A stretch of 64,000 bases of DNA from an uncultured virus (IMG/VR IMGVR_UViG_3300006213_000002) (lineage: Duplodnaviria > Heunggongvirae > Uroviricota > Caudoviricetes), in the IMG/VR virus record IMGVR_UViG_3300006213_000002, positions 1 to 64,000 of that record. One strand, written 5' to 3'. The position numbers and the translations under genes were made by a program. Shown here one piece after another: positions 1 to 9,018 of this stretch (position 1 is the stretch's first letter; each line of letters begins with the position of its first letter). The notes under the pieces were generated by a model, which made no database searches, had not been told where the DNA came from, and was given only the letters and a program-made list of their open reading frames with translations.

Positions 1-108
1 ACTATGAGTATGATTAGTTTTACTATATACACTATCATGATTATGTGTAGTTAATGAATAATTACTATGAGTATGATTAGTTTTACTATATACACTATCA
101 TGGTTATG
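1..108. repeat. 63-bp coding tandem repeat (21-aa unit SNYSLTTHNHDSVYSKTNHTH)
   Basis: actatgagtatgattagttttactatatacactatcatg occurs at 1 and at 64; same unit in the copies near 20872 and 40283. Confidence 0.9.
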
Positions 109-189
109 GTTAATATTTGCTTTATTTTTTAATTCATTCTTTGTTAATCTTATTAATTCTTTTATACCATTATCCTTTAATTGTTTCAT
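1..189 (-). CDS. MKQLKDNG-family His-repeat protein, copy 1 (5' part; runs off the window edge; not in the ORF track)
   Basis: ATG at 189 with GGAGG RBS; translates MKQLKDNGIKELIRLTKNELKNKANINHNHDSVYSKTNHTHSNYSLTTHNHDSVYSKTNHTHS; nearly identical in DNA to 20872..21060. Confidence 0.85.
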   Translation of the reverse strand, partial: MKQLKDNGIKELIRLTKNELKNKANINHNHDSVYSKTNHTHSNYSLTTHNHDSVYSKTNHTHS

Positions 190-209
190 ATTATTATACC
201 TCCAATATA

Positions 210-252
210 CTAAATAATTACTATATTTATAATAAATATAGTAATTATTTAG
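210..252. repeat. Perfect inverted repeat (21-bp arms) upstream of His-repeat gene copy 1
   Basis: ctaaataattactatatttat-a-ataaatatagtaattatttag. Confidence 0.9.
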
Positions 253-262
253 ATTTATAATT

Positions 263-284
263 TATAGGGAATAAAATCCCTATA
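263..284. terminator. Intrinsic terminator-like hairpin
   Basis: tataggga-ataaaa-tccctata followed by a T run. Confidence 0.55.
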
Positions 285-314
285 TATTTTTTTATCTTAT
301 TTCGTCCTAGTAGA

Positions 315-326
315 AACAGAAGCATA
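315..326 (+). promoter_or_regulatory. Candidate late promoter, AR9-type AACA-N6-TA
   Basis: AACA-GAAGCA-TA 57 nt before the structural operon at 383; matches the recalled AR9 late promoter consensus. Confidence 0.5.
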
Positions 327-382
327 AGAATCATACAGGTATATGTATTCAAAAAATTATTTTAGAAAAGGAGAGATAAAAT

Positions 383-2152
383 ATGTTTACGTTTGGAGAT
401 ACAAAAAATGATATTCTCTTAACTGAAGGAATTATGGATAATGTATTAAATACTGCTGGTGATGCAGTAGGTGTTGATACAAATAAGTTCAAAAAAGCTT
501 GGAATGATGCAGCAGATCCTGACATTCATCCTAATAAAGTAAGTGATTCTGAAGTTACTCATAGAAGAATGAAGTTAATGAATAAGGCAGGTAATACTGC
601 AGTAAATAAAATTGATAAAACTACTTCTGACATAAGTAAGCTTACAGATAATAGATCACTTGTAGCAAGAGCTAAAAATTCTATTATGATGTTCTCTTGT
701 TATATTTCACAGTCAACACCAGTAAATGTTGCACAAATTGAATCAGAATTATTTGCTAGAGTATATACATCTTTAGTACAATCAGTATTATCTCAAAATC
801 AAATATTGGATGAATCTGAGGCACATAATATGTCATTTTTAAAGAATTATCATACCAATTTGAGAGAAGCTGTTGATGTATTTGTAAATCAATTTTATGA
901 GCCTATTGATAATATCGATGAAATGATTTGTGAATCTGTATTTCTTGAACAAAAGATTACAAATAATCTTAGTGTTACATTTAGTGCTATTCCGAGAAAT
1001 AATGAAATTATTAATATGGAAAGTGCTATATTTGTACAAGATCCTATAATAGGTTTTGAATCTTTATATGCAGAAGCAGAAGAAATACAATCTGAAAATA
1101 AAGATAATTTCTATACATTATCAGATAATGATTTTAGAGATATGGCTATGAATCAACTTAATATGACATCATCAGATAGAAAATTAGCCGATATGTCTGA
1201 AATTGATTTAATTAATAGATATGGCGATTATGATAGCAGGTCTGGTAAGAATGTTCCAAATGGTAGTGAGTATAGTGATGCAATAGATGCAAGGAATGAT
1301 CTTAATAATCAGATTGATAATAAAATAGCTGATATTAAAGATGCTATTAAGAGTGGAGAAGATAAAAATTATAGTATGTATAAATATGTAAATGGAAGAT
1401 TCGCTAGATGTGATAGATCTGCAACCGTTAAAAATATTAGTAAGCGAGTAGATGCTCCTATTATTTTGAGAGATCATGATATTAAAAAGATCAATGCTAT
1501 GGCTCCATATACAATTAAAGCTCAATTCAAATTAAGAGATAATAAGGGAAATATTACTGGTGAAGTAGAATATGTAATAGGAGTAAAATGTATATTACAT
1601 CTTATTCGTACCGAAGATTTAGTAGATGATCTACCAGAGCTCGTTACAGGTAAGATTAAGAAATTACAAAAAGTAAGATACAAAACAGGTGAAATTACAT
1701 TCTTCGATTATTTATTTAATAAAAAAGGATTAAAATCTGATGCAGCTAAGAGAATTAATCATAATAAGAGATGGATAAATAATCTTAAGAGATTATCTGA
1801 ATATAGACAAGCTCATGGTGGGTTTTTAAAGAAACCTATAGAAGATATAACAAGTGGTCATGTTCCCATTCCTAATGGAACACTTATACTTACTCAATCC
1901 GATGTATCTACATTAACATCCACTACAGGTATTGATCTAAGTGAATCTTCTAATGCTATTAAATTAGCAAAGAATTTATTTTTAATGGCAGTTGTAATTA
2001 TTGATAGTTCTGCAGGTACAATGAGAGTTCTGTTTCCTGATGAATCATCATCATGGAATGTTTATTCGTTATCATCAATTGAAGCTGATTTAGCTAAGAC
2101 TGATAATAATAAACTTATGCAGGAATTAAATAGAGTAGTAAATACAAGATAG
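383..2152 (+). CDS. Probable virion (head/inner-body) structural protein, 589 aa
   Basis: Long ORF with RBS in the operon containing the prohead protease; candidate processing sites LTE-G and YAE-A. Confidence 0.55.
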   Translation: MFTFGDTKNDILLTEGIMDNVLNTAGDAVGVDTNKFKKAWNDAADPDIHPNKVSDSEVTHRRMKLMNKAGNTAVNKIDKTTSDISKLTDNRSLVARAKNSIMMFSCYISQSTPVNVAQIESELFARVYTSLVQSVLSQNQILDESEAHNMSFLKNYHTNLREAVDVFVNQFYEPIDNIDEMICESVFLEQKITNNLSVTFSAIPRNNEIINMESAIFVQDPIIGFESLYAEAEEIQSENKDNFYTLSDNDFRDMAMNQLNMTSSDRKLADMSEIDLINRYGDYDSRSGKNVPNGSEYSDAIDARNDLNNQIDNKIADIKDAIKSGEDKNYSMYKYVNGRFARCDRSATVKNISKRVDAPIILRDHDIKKINAMAPYTIKAQFKLRDNKGNITGEVEYVIGVKCILHLIRTEDLVDDLPELVTGKIKKLQKVRYKTGEITFFDYLFNKKGLKSDAAKRINHNKRWINNLKRLSEYRQAHGGFLKKPIEDITSGHVPIPNGTLILTQSDVSTLTSTTGIDLSESSNAIKLAKNLFLMAVVIIDSSAGTMRVLFPDESSSWNVYSLSSIEADLAKTDNNKLMQELNRVVNTR

Positions 2153-2166
2153 GAGGATATAATATA

Positions 2167-3381
2167 ATGAATCAGTATAGTATATGTAATAATTATCTTG
2201 AGATTGTTGCAGGTACGGGTAATAAAACTCATCCTAAATATGTAACAGAAGCAAAATCTATTGCTTCTAGTGGAACAGAGGGTCTTGGTGTAAAAGAAGC
2301 AAAATCTATGGCTTCTAGTGGAACAGAGGGTCTTGGAAAATTAAAAAACTTTATTACATCGATAGAAAAGATTTCTTCTTCTAGTGCCTGTAATGATTCA
2401 AGAATTTCAGAATCAAAAGGTAATATTAAAAACTTTTCAGGATATGAAAATATCACTACTGCAATGACATTTTTAAAGAGTAATTTATCTGGTGTAAATT
2501 TAATGAAAGATCTTATATCATTATATGATAATTTGATTAAATACCAACCATTATATTCCGATGGATATACAAAAGGAGTTAGACTTGTAATACTTGAATA
2601 TGAAAGTGCAGTATATATGTTAGTAACAGGTTTATCTATGGCTATGGCTAATAATATAGATGTAGTATCTACTGGTACTAAAGTAAAGATTGTTAAAAAA
2701 TCTTCTGATACACATGGTACTATATCAACTGTAATATCTGATCTTGTTAAGCAATTAAATAAATCAGAGCATAAAACATATCTTGAGAATATGGTAAAGG
2801 CAAGAGATAATGTTAAAATCGATACAAGTAAAATTGATAAAAAGGAAGAAAATAAGGATGATAAAGAAATTAAAGAATCATATATGGTTGAATCTCTTGT
2901 ATCAGATACTCTTGAATTAATTAATACTGGTATAAGTTTAGTTGGTTCTGGTGTTAGATTTGTAGGAACAGCTACTCGTGCGGTTAAAGATTCTATTTTT
3001 GGTATTGTACCATTAATAAGATCTGTAATGTATCTTAAATATAAAAAGAAAGCAGATACTATATTAGCATTAGAACAACAAGTTCAATTCATTCAGCAAA
3101 ATATTAATCAACTTGAGAATAGGAGTAATATTGATCCTAAAAAGAAAGAGCATATTATAAAAAAACAACAGGCTCATATTGATGCATATAAGAAGAGAGC
3201 AGAGAAATTAAGAGCAGAATTAATGGAAACCGAAAAAGATGCTTCTAATGCTATAAAGAATGATAATCCAAATATGTCTAAAGAAGATACTCCCAATAAA
3301 GATGATGATTTTGTATTAGAAGGAAAAACTATTAAAGAAATATTTACAGAAAATGAGGTAAATAGCAACACTCTTTCATGA
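2167..3381 (+). CDS. Probable virion head protein with C-terminal coiled coil, 404 aa
   Basis: AGGAGG RBS; VTE-A, MVE-S and VLE-G motifs; internal duplication with a 16-aa period. Confidence 0.55.
   Translation: MNQYSICNNYLEIVAGTGNKTHPKYVTEAKSIASSGTEGLGVKEAKSMASSGTEGLGKLKNFITSIEKISSSSACNDSRISESKGNIKNFSGYENITTAMTFLKSNLSGVNLMKDLISLYDNLIKYQPLYSDGYTKGVRLVILEYESAVYMLVTGLSMAMANNIDVVSTGTKVKIVKKSSDTHGTISTVISDLVKQLNKSEHKTYLENMVKARDNVKIDTSKIDKKEENKDDKEIKESYMVESLVSDTLELINTGISLVGSGVRFVGTATRAVKDSIFGIVPLIRSVMYLKYKKKADTILALEQQVQFIQQNINQLENRSNIDPKKKEHIIKKQQAHIDAYKKRAEKLRAELMETEKDASNAIKNDNPNMSKEDTPNKDDDFVLEGKTIKEIFTENEVNSNTLS
2247..2336 (+). repeat. In-frame tandem duplication with a 48-bp period
   Basis: agaagcaaaatctat(t/g)gcttctagtggaacagagggtcttgg at 2247 and 2295, one mismatch. 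Confidence 0.9.
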
Positions 3382-3415
3382 AGCCACTAATTATTCTGAT
3401 ATAAAAGATGATATT

Positions 3416-4846
3416 ATGAAAAAATATATACCTAATATTTATCAAAAATCAATATATACAATTGACTATGATAAGTTGAAAAAGAAAGGTATAAAATTAT
3501 TATCATTTGATATTGATGAAACTATTAGTGGCGATAGAGAAAAAGAACCACCTAAACCAGCTATTACATTATTTGAAGACTTAAAGAAGAAAGGATTTAA
3601 AATTATTTTATTCACAAATGCTAGTGAAATTAGAGCAAGAAAATTTGCTACATTACTAGATGTTCCATTCTATTGTGAATGTAAAAAACCTTTAGGAACT
3701 AACTTCAATAAAGCTTTAAAGAAATATAATCTTAAACCATCACAAATGTGTCATATTGGTAATAATAGATTCGATGATGTAGCTGGAGGTAATTCACTAG
3801 GTATTATAACATGCTTAGTTAATAATGTATCAGGTAAAGTTGATAATCCTGAAGAGATAAAGTTGGTGAATGAATTACGGAGAAGAAAATTGATAACTAA
3901 AAATAAATTCTATCAGATAAATGAATCTGTAGATATGAATGTTGTTAATAAAAGAAAAGAAAATTCTATTAATAAATTTATTAATAGGATGGATAAATCA
4001 AATAATTTCTCATTTCCATGGAATAAAAACAAATCGACTATTAATAATGATTTAGAATTATATAAACCTAAATTAGATGCATTATATGATGAATTATTTG
4101 AAATTACTAAACAACAATCAATAGTTCTTAATTTCAGTTATGCTCAAATGACAGAACCTCCAAGTTTTAGAACTAGAACTAAACTTGGTGGTACGCCATA
4201 TTGGCCTGCTGAAATGGCCCCATCCTATCCAAAAGATATGCTGTTATATGCTCAAATTAATTTTGCAGAATTACCAAATCTAAAAGGATATCCATCATCT
4301 GGTATTTTACAATTCTTTACTGATGGATGGTTGTGGGATGGAACAAATGATTATTCAAGACATAAAACAATTTATCATCCAAATGTGTTTGAAAACATAT
4401 TACAGTTTAATTATATACCAAAAACAACTATAACTGACAATGATGATGAAGCACCATTTAAAGGTGTGATACCATTATTAGGATCAAAGATGGAATATCA
4501 ATGTATCCAAATGGACGTTGAAGGTTTTGATAATGTAATATATCCATTAATTGAAAAACATCTTGGTATTAAGACTGATAGTATATATTATGGATTACCA
4601 AAAGGATGTTATAGTTATCTGTATAATAAAATAAATGCAACTGGATGGGGTAATAGAATAGGTGGTTATCCTAACTTTACTCAATCTGATGCTACTGATG
4701 ATAATTATAATACACTATTATTCCAAGTTGATAGTAATAAAGATATCTTATGGGGTGATGATGGTATATCTAATATCTTTATTAATGATAAAAAATTATT
4801 AAATAAAGATTTTAGTGATTGTCTATATACATGGGATTGTTATTAA
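3416..4846 (+). CDS. Fusion of a YqeG-like HAD-IIIA phosphatase and a YwqG/DUF1963 domain
   Basis: N-term IPNIYQKSIYTIDY..GIKLLSFDIDETI (DxD), FTNAS, KKP, HIGNNRFDDVAGGN; C-term KLGGTPYWP, AQINFAELP, GILQFF, RIGGYPNFTQ, LLFQVDS, WGDDG, DFSDCLYTWDC. Confidence 0.75.
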   Translation: MKKYIPNIYQKSIYTIDYDKLKKKGIKLLSFDIDETISGDREKEPPKPAITLFEDLKKKGFKIILFTNASEIRARKFATLLDVPFYCECKKPLGTNFNKALKKYNLKPSQMCHIGNNRFDDVAGGNSLGIITCLVNNVSGKVDNPEEIKLVNELRRRKLITKNKFYQINESVDMNVVNKRKENSINKFINRMDKSNNFSFPWNKNKSTINNDLELYKPKLDALYDELFEITKQQSIVLNFSYAQMTEPPSFRTRTKLGGTPYWPAEMAPSYPKDMLLYAQINFAELPNLKGYPSSGILQFFTDGWLWDGTNDYSRHKTIYHPNVFENILQFNYIPKTTITDNDDEAPFKGVIPLLGSKMEYQCIQMDVEGFDNVIYPLIEKHLGIKTDSIYYGLPKGCYSYLYNKINATGWGNRIGGYPNFTQSDATDDNYNTLLFQVDSNKDILWGDDGISNIFINDKKLLNKDFSDCLYTWDCY

Positions 4847-4861
4847 GGAGGTGAAATCAAA

Positions 4862-5731
4862 TTGATTAATAAAAGTAAACTTGCAGATATGAATACATTT
4901 TGTTATATCCAGGAGCAAACTTCATCTGAAGAAGATTACACTAACTTTGGTTATCAAGTTTATGATAAAGGTAATAGGTTTTATGTAACTTTTAAAGCTG
5001 TATTACAATCATTTGAAGTTAAGAATCGTAATGGTCGTGAATATGATCAAAACAATGTATGGGATAAAATTGTTAATGATGAATATATTCAGGATCAATT
5101 ACGTAAGAATTCTTGGATGGGTGAAATTGATCATCCAGCTCCAATTTATAAAGATGATGAATTAACAGTACAAAGGATAGCTAATCCTGATCCAAAGTTA
5201 ACATCACATTATATTAGATCTCCTAGATTAAATAGTAATCTTTTAGAAGCTAATATACAAACAGACTCAGGTACAGAAGCAGGAATGAATTTTGCTATTA
5301 AAATAGTAGATGGTAAAATTATTCCATGTTTCTCTGCTAGAGTATTAGGTTCAGCTAAAACTGTAGGTGGAAGACTTGTAGTATGGGTAAATAAATTAGT
5401 TACATATGATTGGGTATTTTATCCTAGTCATAAAGAAGCTGAAGCTAGAATTAACCAACCTAGAATGGAAGCTGTAGATGACTTTACTAAATTTACAGGA
5501 TGTAAAGTAATTTATTTTCCTGAACTTGCAAGAATGGCAGCAAATAATTCTAGAGAAACAGAATATTTATGTGAATCATTTGGTCTTACAATAGATGATG
5601 TAATAGGTATTACAGAATCGGGTAATTCAATTGTTATACAAGAGAATTCAAATATATATGCTCAACCTATTATGGATTCTACTATTAAGAATAAAACACA
5701 AAAGATGATGAAAGATTGGTTACATAGATAA
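4862..5731 (+). CDS. Prohead core protease (T4 gp21-like)
   Basis: NRNGREY, GEIDHP (catalytic His), FSARVLG (catalytic Ser), TYDWVFYPSH; TTG start after AAGGAGGTG. Confidence 0.85.
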   Translation: MINKSKLADMNTFCYIQEQTSSEEDYTNFGYQVYDKGNRFYVTFKAVLQSFEVKNRNGREYDQNNVWDKIVNDEYIQDQLRKNSWMGEIDHPAPIYKDDELTVQRIANPDPKLTSHYIRSPRLNSNLLEANIQTDSGTEAGMNFAIKIVDGKIIPCFSARVLGSAKTVGGRLVVWVNKLVTYDWVFYPSHKEAEARINQPRMEAVDDFTKFTGCKVIYFPELARMAANNSRETEYLCESFGLTIDDVIGITESGNSIVIQENSNIYAQPIMDSTIKNKTQKMMKDWLHR

Positions 5732-5736
5732 TATAT

Positions 5737-5762
5737 TAGAGGTATCCAATTGGATACCTCTA
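5737..5762 (+). terminator. Intrinsic terminator
   Basis: Perfect palindrome tagaggtatccaattggatacctcta followed by a T tract. Confidence 0.8.
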
Positions 5763-5771
5763 TTTTTCTTT

Positions 5772-5790
5772 TATATATTATAAAAGTGAT
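5772..5790 (+). promoter_or_regulatory. Candidate early (virion RNAP) promoter
   Basis: TATATATTATAAAAGTGAT; near-identical TATATATTCTAAAAGTGAT at 19743; resembles phiKZ-type TATATTAC early promoters. Confidence 0.5.
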
Positions 5791-5832
5791 GGTAATAAAT
5801 TAAGTGTTAAAAAAACGAAAGGAGAATTATTT

Positions 5833-6864
5833 ATGAAACACATTATTATTCCAGAAAAAGCTAATGTAAAACTTTTGTCAAAAGCTATTTATAGCTTATT
5901 AGCAGGATTAGATTATTCTGTTGGTAAAGTTACAGTAGATGAAACAAATTATCAGTACTATATCCGTTCACAGGCAGATGGAGATGGTACAACTATCTAT
6001 TCCATGTTTGCTTTTAAGACAACAGGAACATTTGAAATGAATATACCATTGTATATCTCAGACATGATTATTATGCCTAATTTCTCAATGCGGCTGATTA
6101 ACATTAGTAAAGGAATGACAAAATTACATGATGCTAATGATGATATCAACGTTTTGTATGGTCGGTTTTCAGACTACAGAGAATTGTTCATTGAAATCTC
6201 TAATCATATCATTGAAATGTATTTGCACGAAAAATGCAAATTGACTGTATATTGTCTTGCAAAGAAATTTCCAAATGGAGATAGACATCAGGTTCTAAAT
6301 GGTGCCATATTCGGGTTGTATTGGAATAAATCAAAACAGCAGATGGAATTTATTGATCTAATGAAAGAGGATAATACTTTATGGGTGATTCCTAATATTG
6401 AATCTGATACTGTACAAAAAAATGGCACAAGAATAATTCAGTCATCACAAACTGTATATGTTTGTATTCCTATTGAAAAAGCTGTTAAAATTTTTCAGGA
6501 TAACCAGGAAGAAGCTGAAAAGTTAGCATCTACAGCTGATTCTATTGCTGCAAAGTTATCTGACAAGAAAACTTTGGTATATGAATTAGTAGATGAACAT
6601 TCCAAGCCGATTCATTATGGTGACGGATATTCTGTAAAAGTTTTCATGTTTGAAAAGCCGATTACTAAAAAGAAATTCAAAGAAGTTCTTAAAGATAAGA
6701 AACTGGCTGTGAATGAGGAGGAGGAATATCCATATGGCAACTATGTGAATATTTACGCAGGTAAGTTTGATGATTTCAAGAACCGTACGAAAGTAGAAGA
6801 TTGGGATTATGAAACAATATCCAATGTATGGACATGGCAGGAGATTCATCAGTATACCGATTAA
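5833..6864 (+). CDS. Hypothetical protein (probable paralog of the next gene)
   Basis: 343-aa ORF with RBS; YCLAxxF..LNGxxF motif shared with 6929..7909. Confidence 0.7.
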   Translation: MKHIIIPEKANVKLLSKAIYSLLAGLDYSVGKVTVDETNYQYYIRSQADGDGTTIYSMFAFKTTGTFEMNIPLYISDMIIMPNFSMRLINISKGMTKLHDANDDINVLYGRFSDYRELFIEISNHIIEMYLHEKCKLTVYCLAKKFPNGDRHQVLNGAIFGLYWNKSKQQMEFIDLMKEDNTLWVIPNIESDTVQKNGTRIIQSSQTVYVCIPIEKAVKIFQDNQEEAEKLASTADSIAAKLSDKKTLVYELVDEHSKPIHYGDGYSVKVFMFEKPITKKKFKEVLKDKKLAVNEEEEYPYGNYVNIYAGKFDDFKNRTKVEDWDYETISNVWTWQEIHQYTD

Positions 6865-6928
6865 TAAATAACACATAATATGGGGATTCAGTTGAATCCC
6901 CAATTTTTATTTGTAAAGGAGAAAAAAT

Positions 6929-7909
6929 ATGATTAAGGTTATAAATAATATTACAATTGGTTTACTTAAAAATTTTATTTTTAGTAAATATGCTAGAATA
7001 AATCTGAACGGAATAACAGATGAGGTGGAGTATGATTATGAAAATAATACTTATAGAATATATTCTATAGTCGATGAATTATCAGTAAGGATATATTTCG
7101 GAAATAGTGATGGATTTTCAAGATCAAAATTAATTATGAATTTTGATCATGACATGAATGTATTATTTTATGATGAAATAGATCATACACATTGTGCAGC
7201 TAAAGTTAATCCAGATACAATTATTGACAATAAAATATGGGATTTATTATTCGATAATCCTGATGAGCATAAAGCAGAACAGACAGGTATCGAAGCTATG
7301 ATTCTGAAATATTCAGAAGGGTTTTTATCTGAATACATGTATTGTTTAGCAATACCTTTTGGATCTAAGGATGGTGGTTTATATAATTTGAATGGTAAAT
7401 GTTTCCAGATAGAATTACAGAAAAATCATGCATTATTTAAATCTAATAAAGGTGATACGATTCTTTCAGTGGGTGCTACTACTAAATCTGATTATATTGT
7501 TAATATATTCAATGAGAATAATGTTGATATTGTGATAAATAATGATCATAATCTTGTCAGAATAAACTTAATAACAGTTAATTACATTATCGATCAATTA
7601 CATCAGGAATACTTTTTCAATAAAGAAGCCGATGAGGAAGAGAACATAGATGAAGACAATATATGGTATGATTCAATGGAGAATATTGCCGCATATGTGA
7701 TAAAAAGAAATGATGAGATTCTTTGTTATTTTGAAAAGAATATATCTGGGATTAAAGCAAAGCATTTTATTATGAATTATTTGAAATACAAAGGAATCGC
7801 AGATTTTAAAAATGAATGTGAATTTCTTAGCAGCTATATCATTTTATCTTATGGAAACGAAATAACGAATGACACTGTTTCATTCGTGTTTTATATCAAA
7901 AAGAAATAA
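6929..7909 (+). CDS. Hypothetical protein
   Basis: 326-aa ORF with AAGGAG RBS. Confidence 0.7.
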   Translation: MIKVINNITIGLLKNFIFSKYARINLNGITDEVEYDYENNTYRIYSIVDELSVRIYFGNSDGFSRSKLIMNFDHDMNVLFYDEIDHTHCAAKVNPDTIIDNKIWDLLFDNPDEHKAEQTGIEAMILKYSEGFLSEYMYCLAIPFGSKDGGLYNLNGKCFQIELQKNHALFKSNKGDTILSVGATTKSDYIVNIFNENNVDIVINNDHNLVRINLITVNYIIDQLHQEYFFNKEADEEENIDEDNIWYDSMENIAAYVIKRNDEILCYFEKNISGIKAKHFIMNYLKYKGIADFKNECEFLSSYIILSYGNEITNDTVSFVFYIKKK

Positions 7910-7917
7910 AAAGATTT

Positions 7918-7940
7918 AAGGGTGGTTTAATTCCACCCTT
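7918..7940. terminator. Bidirectional terminator
   Basis: aagggtggtttaattccaccctt between convergent genes; identical core near 63473. Confidence 0.8.
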
Positions 7941-7952
7941 TTATTTTTTATA

Positions 7953-8162
7953 TTATTGAGCAAAATCATAAGGTAAACTTGTCATTGTTTCATAATCATC
8001 TGCTGTAATTTTATTTTGTACTCTATATTCAATTAAGTATACTACACGTTCTACAGGTCTATATGTTTTTTGTATAGTCTCCAATGCTAACTTTTCTGCA
8101 TCTGTTAAATTTGTTCTATTAGAAAAGTCTACATAAAATTTAGACTGATCGTAAAGAATCAT
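7953..8162 (-). CDS. Small protein with an XkdX-like C-terminus
   Basis: VQNKITADDYETMTSLPY resembles the XkdX pattern V..GKIT.EEY..ITG..Y; GGAGG RBS lies in the upstream gene. Confidence 0.5.
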   Translation of the reverse strand: MILYDQSKFYVDFSNRTNLTDAEKLALETIQKTYRPVERVVYLIEYRVQNKITADDYETMTSLPYDFAQ

Positions 8163-8911
8163 GGTTCTTCCTCCTTTAATAATTCTTCAAATTTTGTATA
8201 ATTTTTATTTACAATTTTAATAAACTTAACGAATCGAGTTAAAGATTGCATCATTTCTTCTTTAAGTTTATCCTTTTCTCTGCTTTCTTGATTAATATTT
8301 AATGCAGATCCATCATCTTTTATTTCTACTTCTAAACCGAGAGATGGAATATAAAAATCAGGGATATAAAAATGTATATCTCCTTTATAATGATAAATAT
8401 ATGTATGTGGTGAAGGTGAAAATAAATCAGATGAAGGCCAATATAATTTATAATCTAAATATTTCAAAAAATCTAATTCATATGATGATGAATATGTAAA
8501 TTTAGATTTATTATCAGACCATATATATTCACCTGATATTTTTCTATTAGCTAACATTTTCTTTTGCATTTCTGGATCATCTAATAAATATACTTTGCCA
8601 TATTTATCTATCATTCTTTTATCACGTTCTTCCTTATATTTTTGCTTACACATTGGATTATTACAGAAACGTGAATATTTCATTGTTTTTTCATTGAAAT
8701 CTGTTTCATTATGACATTCTATACAACTACCTTTATCTTTTCCAGTTAATAAATAATAAAAATATCTATAACCATTCATTCCTTCTGGTAATAATAATCG
8801 ATGTTTAGTATCATAATGTTTACCCATTTTATGTTTAGCATCTATAACTTGTTTCCTATTTGAAGGTATAGGAATATTATATTTACAAAAGTTGCATCTA
8901 TATATCTTCAT
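8159..8911 (-). CDS. PD-(D/E)XK (TnsA-like) endonuclease with Zn-binding N-terminus
   Basis: CNFC..H..H and CIEC..FCNNPMC; SSYELDF, YIPDFY..EVEIK. Confidence 0.7.
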   Translation of the reverse strand: MKIYRCNFCKYNIPIPSNRKQVIDAKHKMGKHYDTKHRLLLPEGMNGYRYFYYLLTGKDKGSCIECHNETDFNEKTMKYSRFCNNPMCKQKYKEERDKRMIDKYGKVYLLDDPEMQKKMLANRKISGEYIWSDNKSKFTYSSSYELDFLKYLDYKLYWPSSDLFSPSPHTYIYHYKGDIHFYIPDFYIPSLGLEVEIKDDGSALNINQESREKDKLKEEMMQSLTRFVKFIKIVNKNYTKFEELLKEEEP

Positions 8912-9018
8912 ATGTTAACCATCTCCTTAATATTTTATATTATACAATAATTTTATAATAAATGTATAAAGTACCAAAAAGTAAATACATCGCATTATTT
9001 TAAGGAGGGAATACAATA

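Noticed and set aside
1..108. CRISPR-like repeats
   Set aside because: The unit is a 63-bp in-frame coding tandem repeat with no unique spacers, and there are no cas genes.
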